A DNA stretch of 57,252 bases from a virus (Duplodnaviria; Caudoviricetes): the IMG/VR virus record IMGVR_UViG_3300017987_000106, positions 1 to 57,252 of that record; one strand, written 5' to 3'. This document shows positions 47,961-54,800 of the stretch, in pieces. The notes beneath the pieces were generated by a model. That model did no database searches. It was given only the letters and a program-made list of their open reading frames with translations, and was not told the DNA's origin. The first letter of the stretch is position 1. Each line of letters opens with the position of its first letter. The translations under genes and the position numbers were made by a program.

Positions 47961-49022
47961 ATGTTCCGAGTAGACCATTACGACGACCCGTCGATCTTGG
48001 GCCGGCTACCAGCCACACTGAGAACCGACCTCACCAAAGTGGCCGCAGACCTCACGGATCAGCTGGACGGGCTGTCCGATTCTGAGTTTGCCCTTGTCCT
48101 CTATGCACCAGGAGACCCTCCTGCCAAGCACAGAAAGTTCGCCTGCGTCGATGAGGGCAACGTCGCCCTGTCCACCGTTGCCCTGCTCCGGAACCAGACA
48201 CTGCTCCCGCAGGAGGCGGTGAAGGTTGCGGCTGAGAACCTTCTTCGATGCACTCAGGACTTCGGCATGTACTGCCCGCCCGAGCTCGAGAAGCTGGCCG
48301 GGACCAAGGAGCCTTCTCCCGAGACGAACCTCGTCATGCTCGACCCGGGTGCGCCTCCACCTCTCCCGCAGGTGAAGACGGCATCTGCCCCTGAGGACGT
48401 CGGCGTCAAGGTGGCCATGGCCTATTTCTACGACAATGAGGCTTTCCTCACAGGGTGGGAGAAGCGTGCTCTTGCCAAGCACATCGTGAAGCAGGCTGAG
48501 GCCGAGGAAGTTCACGTCCCGTCGCCATTCGAGAAGTACGCATCGGATACCTACGCCCCGGACTTGTTCGAGGCGATCTTGATGCGGCAGGCGATGTGCG
48601 TCGCTGCCGATGAGAGCGACGGCGCTTTCGAGAAGGCGGCGATGGACACGAGTGCTTACGGGCGCCTGTTCCAGAGCAAGGACAGTCTCGACCCTGGGGC
48701 TTTTGCGCAGAACCTCGACGAGCTCGACAGAGCGACAGGTCTGTTCGACTCCGTTCCGGACGCCGTCTACTCGACGTTTGGTAAAGTAGCCCAAGAGCCG
48801 GAGGTCCTCTTCAATGATGGCATCAACTCCATCACGAAGGGGCAGCTCGAGTGGCTGACGACCAACCGCCAGAAGATCATCGAGGAGCAGTTTGGGAACC
48901 ACCTCGCTGAAGAGATGAGGAAGAACCCCGAGGCCATCTTCAACTCCCTACCACGGCCGCAGAAGGTCATCATCAGCCGGCTGGCGAACCAGATCACAGC
49001 AGAGCACGGCGTCCAGGTCTGA
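47961..49022 (+). CDS. K-x-A-motif-rich protein, putative head morphogenesis/internal protein (353 aa)
   Basis: AGGAG SD before ATG 47961; about ten KxA motifs; upstream of the portal. Confidence 0.6.
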   Translation: MFRVDHYDDPSILGRLPATLRTDLTKVAADLTDQLDGLSDSEFALVLYAPGDPPAKHRKFACVDEGNVALSTVALLRNQTLLPQEAVKVAAENLLRCTQDFGMYCPPELEKLAGTKEPSPETNLVMLDPGAPPPLPQVKTASAPEDVGVKVAMAYFYDNEAFLTGWEKRALAKHIVKQAEAEEVHVPSPFEKYASDTYAPDLFEAILMRQAMCVAADESDGAFEKAAMDTSAYGRLFQSKDSLDPGAFAQNLDELDRATGLFDSVPDAVYSTFGKVAQEPEVLFNDGINSITKGQLEWLTTNRQKIIEEQFGNHLAEEMRKNPEAIFNSLPRPQKVIISRLANQITAEHGVQV

Positions 49023-49035
49023 GGAGCATGAACTT

Positions 49036-49824
49036 GTGGCGGTCAAAACCTTTCATATCTTCAACGTCAAGGGACAGTTAGAGGACCTCTCTTCCCTCTA
49101 CACAGATAAGCCTGTAGGTACGCCTCAGGACTTCGAGATCGAGGCCGACCCGGACGAAGACCTTGTCGACAGCTCTGATATCGAGGTAGAGGCGGAAGCG
49201 GATCTCGCAGACCTCGAGTCGATGACGGTCTGGTACATCCTCCGAGATCAACTTGGAGAGGACTGGTGGGTCCACGAGGCCCAGGCTACTGTAGACGTCT
49301 TGGAGGGCTCGTTCCCGATCTCTCAGGGTGCACGAGACCTGATACAGTCCCTGCGTCTGCTGGAGTCCGGGAATGCTTTCTGGAAAGAATGGGAGGTGTT
49401 CAACTGGGTTTGCCAGGGCATCAACGGTGACGGGGTCGATTTCACGGGGTTTCCTATCCCGACTGTGGAGCAGATGGCCGAGGCTATGCTCCTTGCGTCT
49501 TTCGTAGAGAAAGCTCGGGGGGAGCAGGAGAACTACAGTGAAGAGGTCCTCTCGTACATCGCAACTACTTGCCTCGAGCATGGAATGTGGGTATTGCCCT
49601 TCCCCTTAGTGATCGCAGGGGACCGGATTCGGGAACTGCTGAAGCGAAGGGACCTCTCCGTCCCGCTCGACAGAGAAGCTTCCATCAGGAAGGGGTCTGA
49701 TCCTCTGACTAGCCAAGAGGCCGTTCAGGGGGTTCGCTATCGGGCACTGTGGGACGAGGTCCAGGGTATCGTCAAGGAGTCCGTCAGGGAGCTGTCGACT
49801 TACAAGAGGGTGAGTAGCACATGA
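49036..49824 (+). CDS. Hypothetical protein (262 aa)
   Basis: GAGGAG SD; ATGA coupling with the portal. Confidence 0.65.
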   Translation: MAVKTFHIFNVKGQLEDLSSLYTDKPVGTPQDFEIEADPDEDLVDSSDIEVEAEADLADLESMTVWYILRDQLGEDWWVHEAQATVDVLEGSFPISQGARDLIQSLRLLESGNAFWKEWEVFNWVCQGINGDGVDFTGFPIPTVEQMAEAMLLASFVEKARGEQENYSEEVLSYIATTCLEHGMWVLPFPLVIAGDRIRELLKRRDLSVPLDREASIRKGSDPLTSQEAVQGVRYRALWDEVQGIVKESVRELSTYKRVSST

Positions 49825-51806
49825 GTGGTGACGGATTCACGGTAGGCGGTCTGGGGGCGGCTAGCCACCTCCAGAAGTACAACCGCGTCGGGGTCAGGTA
49901 TCCGAGTCCTTTCTTCGACCTATCGCAGGTGTACTTGCCGAAGAACATGCGGGCGCTGTTCCGCTGGGCAAAGTACTACGCGCTGACCTATGGCCCGGTC
50001 TACGCCTACGTGACCAAGATGGCCTCCTACTCTCTCACAGAACTCGTGTGGGGGAGCGACGCAGACTCCAGCATGTCCTCGAGCTTCGACGAGGACAAGT
50101 GGAAGAAACGCTGGTCCTCATTGATGCTCGAGGACATGCTGATGTACGAGAAGTGCTACCAGTTCGGGTTGCACTACTACACCTTTGGGAACGCCTACGT
50201 CAGCATCCACTATCCATTTGACCGGTGGCTCATCTGCCCGAAGTGTGGCTTCAGGAAGCGCGCTAGAGAGTTCAGGAAGAAAGAGTACCGGTGGGTCGAC
50301 TTTCGCTTCCACGGAGAATGCAGGAAGTGCGGGACCAACGGTCCTTTCAAGGTCAAGGATCAGTTGGTGAGGACCTCCCGTGGTCTTCGCATCAAGATCT
50401 GGAATCCTGAGCGCGTCCTCACGTTCCACAACGACGCTACCGATGAGACCGAGTACAAGTACCAACCCTCCGAGCAGCTCATGCGCCGAGTCCGGCGAGG
50501 TGACAGGAGGGTCATCGAGAGGACCCCGTGGGCATTCATCGCTGCGACGAAGAAGCGGGGCCTCGTCACGTTTGACAAGAGGAACTTCGTCCACGTCAAG
50601 GCCCCAAGCCCAGATGGTGAATCTCAGGGCCTCGGACACCCGCCTATCCTCGCAGCTCTGAAGGACATCTTCCACGTCCAACTCATGAAGCGCGCCCAAG
50701 AGGCCAACGCTATCGAGCGCACGATTCCACTCACGATGATCCATCCTCTCCCGATGGGCGGCGGTGAGGGGTGGAACCCTATGATGTTCACCAACCTGAC
50801 CGACCTCCTCCAGAAGACTCAGGAGGAGGTGTCTCGGGCCAGGATGGACCCCAACTACATCCCCTTCTCCCCTGTCCCTATGGGGGTAACTCCGATTTGG
50901 GGCGATGGGCGGAACCTACTGCTCGTCCCGGAAATTCGTGGCTGGACAGAGATGATTGTTGCCGACTTGGCTGTCCCGACAGAGTTCATCTTCGGTGGCC
51001 TCCAGTGGTCTGGCAGTAACGTCTCACTCCGGATGTTGGAGAACCAAATCTTGAGCTTCACATCGGGCTACAAGCGCCTGACGAAGTTCGTCGTCGAGTC
51101 CGTAGCCCGCTTCTTGAAGTGGCCGATCATCCCGTATGCGTGGACCCCATTCAAGATGGCCGACGACATCCAGCTGAAGCAGCACGCGCTGATGCTTTCG
51201 CAGATGAACAAGATTGGAGACTCTACATTGCTCGGTTACTTCGGGAAGAACCCGTCCGACGAGCACGACGACATCAAGCAGTCCCTCAAGCGCCAGTCCG
51301 AATACATGTCTATCCAGATGGTCGAGCAGGCCAGGGCCCAGGCAGAAGCAGCAGAGGTCCAACAAAAGGCCCAGATGTCGATGCAGCAAGAGATGGGCAT
51401 GCAGCAACCTGGGATGGAAGGGCAGCCCGGGGCTGAGCAAGGGATGCCACCGACTGGGGAAGAGGACCCGCAGCAGTTTGCGATGAGGATGGCCGAGCAG
51501 CTGGCCCCACAGCCCGATGAGGTCATCGAGCAGACGCTGACCGAGGTTGCCCAGCAATCCCCCGAGCTCGCGCAGCAGATTGCCTCGATGGTTGAGCAGA
51601 TTCGAGCTCAAGGAGGAGGCCAAGAGGAGCAGCCTCAGGAGCAGGGGGCTCCGCAGGAAGAGCAGATGCAGCCAGGTATGATGCAGCCTGGAATGCAGCC
51701 AGGAGGACCCGGGTTCGGACCTGGTACAGCTCCCGGTGCTCAGATGATGCAGCCACAACCACAGCAACTTCCGCCGCGCCGTGGTCCGGGAAGTGCGGCC
51801 ATCTAG
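49821..51806 (+). CDS. Putative portal protein with zinc-ribbon insertion and Q/M/P/G-rich tail
   Basis: FGLHYYTFGNAYVS; IKIWNPERV; GLGHPPILAAL; IVADLAVPTEFIFGG fit the portal fold pattern. Confidence 0.7.
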   Translation: MSGDGFTVGGLGAASHLQKYNRVGVRYPSPFFDLSQVYLPKNMRALFRWAKYYALTYGPVYAYVTKMASYSLTELVWGSDADSSMSSSFDEDKWKKRWSSLMLEDMLMYEKCYQFGLHYYTFGNAYVSIHYPFDRWLICPKCGFRKRAREFRKKEYRWVDFRFHGECRKCGTNGPFKVKDQLVRTSRGLRIKIWNPERVLTFHNDATDETEYKYQPSEQLMRRVRRGDRRVIERTPWAFIAATKKRGLVTFDKRNFVHVKAPSPDGESQGLGHPPILAALKDIFHVQLMKRAQEANAIERTIPLTMIHPLPMGGGEGWNPMMFTNLTDLLQKTQEEVSRARMDPNYIPFSPVPMGVTPIWGDGRNLLLVPEIRGWTEMIVADLAVPTEFIFGGLQWSGSNVSLRMLENQILSFTSGYKRLTKFVVESVARFLKWPIIPYAWTPFKMADDIQLKQHALMLSQMNKIGDSTLLGYFGKNPSDEHDDIKQSLKRQSEYMSIQMVEQARAQAEAAEVQQKAQMSMQQEMGMQQPGMEGQPGAEQGMPPTGEEDPQQFAMRMAEQLAPQPDEVIEQTLTEVAQQSPELAQQIASMVEQIRAQGGGQEEQPQEQGAPQEEQMQPGMMQPGMQPGGPGFGPGTAPGAQMMQPQPQQLPPRRGPGSAAI

Positions 51807-51814
51807 GATGACTC

Positions 51815-54800
51815 ATGGCGCAAGAGATCTACGACTACGACGAGATCAAGGACTCGGTCGGCGAAGCCATCCAGGAGATTTTCCCTGTTGCTGGCAGGAA
51901 CCTGACCGTTGAACTCAACAGCGTCGACATTGTCGACAACAAAGCTGAAGACGACATCTCGGGACAATACGCCCAGCTCACCAAAGGTAAGACGTGGTCC
52001 ATTCCCGTCTACGCCAATGTCACCTTGCGGGACTCCAAAGGGGAGATTGACAAAGCGCGGGTGAAGGTCTTGGACCTGCCCAAGATGACGGATCGTAAGA
52101 CCTTCATCGTCTCTGGGAAAGAGCGACAAGTACACAGCGTCCTTCGCCGGAAGTCGGGCGTTTTCTCTCGGAGGAACGAGGCGGGTGAGCTCGTGTCCGA
52201 GTTCAATCTCGACAACGGGTTGCACGAGGGCGGCAAGGTCGACCGCGGGAGGAAGTTCCAAGTCAGGTTCGACGACCAGAGCGGGAAGTTCCTCGTTCAA
52301 ATCGGGACCAGGAAGACCATCAACGCCTACGACCTATTGGGGGCCTTGGGGTACAATACCGAGGCGCTATCAGGGAGGTTCGGGGACGATATCCACAAGG
52401 CCAACCTATCGGCCCGCTCTAAGAAGCGTAGCATCGATAGCGCCTTTGCGGCCATCTACCCGAAGGTGACGAAGAGCCTGTCCACTGACGAGAAGGCCAA
52501 GCGCATCAAAGAGAGTTTCGGCCGCACTTCCATCGACCCCTCTACGACCGAGGTGACTCTCGGGAAGCGTATCGACACCATCGATGGGGACACACTCGTC
52601 TCGTCGATGAATCGCCTGCTCAAGATTTCCAGAGGGGAAGCTGAAGAAGACGACAGGGAGTCTTTGCTCTTCAAGCACACGGCAGCGCCTCCGAAGCTGA
52701 TCGCCGAGAGCATCTCACACCCAAGGAACATCGAGCGCATCCGTGCGAAGATACGTGGTCGCCTCAACAATCCAAAGAAGAAGCCCGAAACGGCTAGCAA
52801 GGCCCTCCCACTTCGGATCTTGGACAAGCCGGTCCACACTATGCTGACCGACTCAGATGAGTCTGACATCGTAGACCATGCCAACCCCGTCGGCACGATG
52901 TCTGGGCACAACCGAGTCAGCATGTTGGGCCTGGGGGCCATCAAGAACTTGGAGCAAGTTCCATCCGATGCTCCTCTGGTAAGCCCGTCACATTTCGGCT
53001 TCATCGATCCTCTCCACACGCCGGAGAGTCGAAAAGCAGGGGTCTCTCTCCACCTCCCTGTCGGTGTCCGCGCCACCAGGGACGGGAAGCTCGAGACCGA
53101 GATGTTGCGGACGGACGGTAGCAAAGTGCGCGTCTCAGCCGAGGAGGCCGCGAAGGCGACTGTCGCGTTCCCAGACGAGTTCAACATCCGCGAGCGAGCG
53201 GGCCGGACGAGTGTAAAAGCTGCGAAGGGCAAAGTGCTGGCGCAGAGGAACGGCAAGATAGAGTCTGTCGACCCGCAAACGGTGGACTTCATCCTCCCCA
53301 AGCCACAGCAGGCTTTCGACACGGCCACGAACCTGGTCCCTTTCCTCCAGTCCAATCAGGGGAATCGGGCTATGATGGCCGGGAAGCATGTAACCCAGGC
53401 CCTGCCGCTGAAGAACCGAGAGCAGCCGCTAGTCCAGACGGGGATGGAAGAGGAGATGTCTCAGCACGCCGGGGCGCGCAAGTCTCCGGTAGCTGGCAAG
53501 GTCACGGCCGTCAATGAAGTCGACGGGGCCTACGAGGTCCGCATCAAGCCCAAGAAGGGCAAGGCCGTTGTCGTCAAGGCTTACAAGGACTTTCCAACAT
53601 CTGGCGGCGTAGTGCTCGACTCCGACGTCAAAGTGAAGGTCGGGGACCAGGTGAAAGAGGGAGACCTCGTCGCAGACAGTTCGTTCACGAAAGACGGCGT
53701 CCTAGCGATGGGCACGACCCTCAAGGCTGCCTACATGCCATGGAAGGGGTACGCGTTCGAGGATGGCGTTGTCATCAGCGACCAGGCAGCGGAAAAGCTG
53801 ACGAGTGTGCATCTCCACGAGCGTACGAAGAAAGACAAGGAGATGATCCAGGACAAGAGCAAGTTCTTGGATTGGTTCGGTACACGCTTCAAGAGCAATG
53901 ATGAGCAGCGGGCTCTCGACAAGAGCGGAGTTATCAAGAAGGGGCAGAAGATAGAGCCTGGGCAGATTCTCCTCGCAGGCCTCAAGGAGGTAGATCCTCG
54001 ATCACCGGAGGCCATCCAGAGGAAGCGGGCCCGGTTGTCCCCGTATGACCCAGTGACGATGACTTGGGACAAGGACGTCCCTGGGGTTGTGACCGACGTC
54101 AAGAAGACTCCCGACGGGTCGGTGCGGGTCTTCGTCAAGACCGAAGAGAAGATGAAGGAGGGTGATAAGCTCGTCGGACGGAATGCGAACAAGGGCATCG
54201 TCGTCAAGATCCTCCCAACGGGGGAGATGCCGCACACCAAAGACGGGAAGCCCGTCGACATCATCATGTCTCCGCTCGGGATCCCTGGCAGGATCAACCT
54301 CGGGCAGGTCCTTGAGGTCGCAACAGGGAAGGTCGCAGAAAAGACTGGAAAGCCGATTAGGGTCGCTCCGTTTGGTCGTCAGAGCTACATTGATGAAGCC
54401 AAGGAGAGGCTCAAGAAGGCTGGTCTCAGTGATACAGAAGAGCTCGTGGACCCGACAAGGTCTAACAGGTCTTTCGGGGATGTCCTCGTCGGCCCGCAGT
54501 ACACGATGAAGCTCGAGCACCAGGTCTCGAAGAAGTCTCGGTCGCGGGCAACGGGCAAGTACGACAGGTGGGACACTCCTCTTGGCGGAGATGGGGGAGC
54601 TCAGTCTCTGGGGGAGCTCGGGACGTATGGACTTCTTGCCCATGGGGCTGTCGAGAACCTGCGAGACATGCAGCTCCTCAAGAGCCAACGCAACGACGGC
54701 TTGTGGGATGCGCTCCTCAATGGGAAGCCGATCCCGGTACCGAACCACATCACCCAGAACGACCGTTTTGAGGGCCTGTTGCGCGTCGCCGGCGTGAAGA

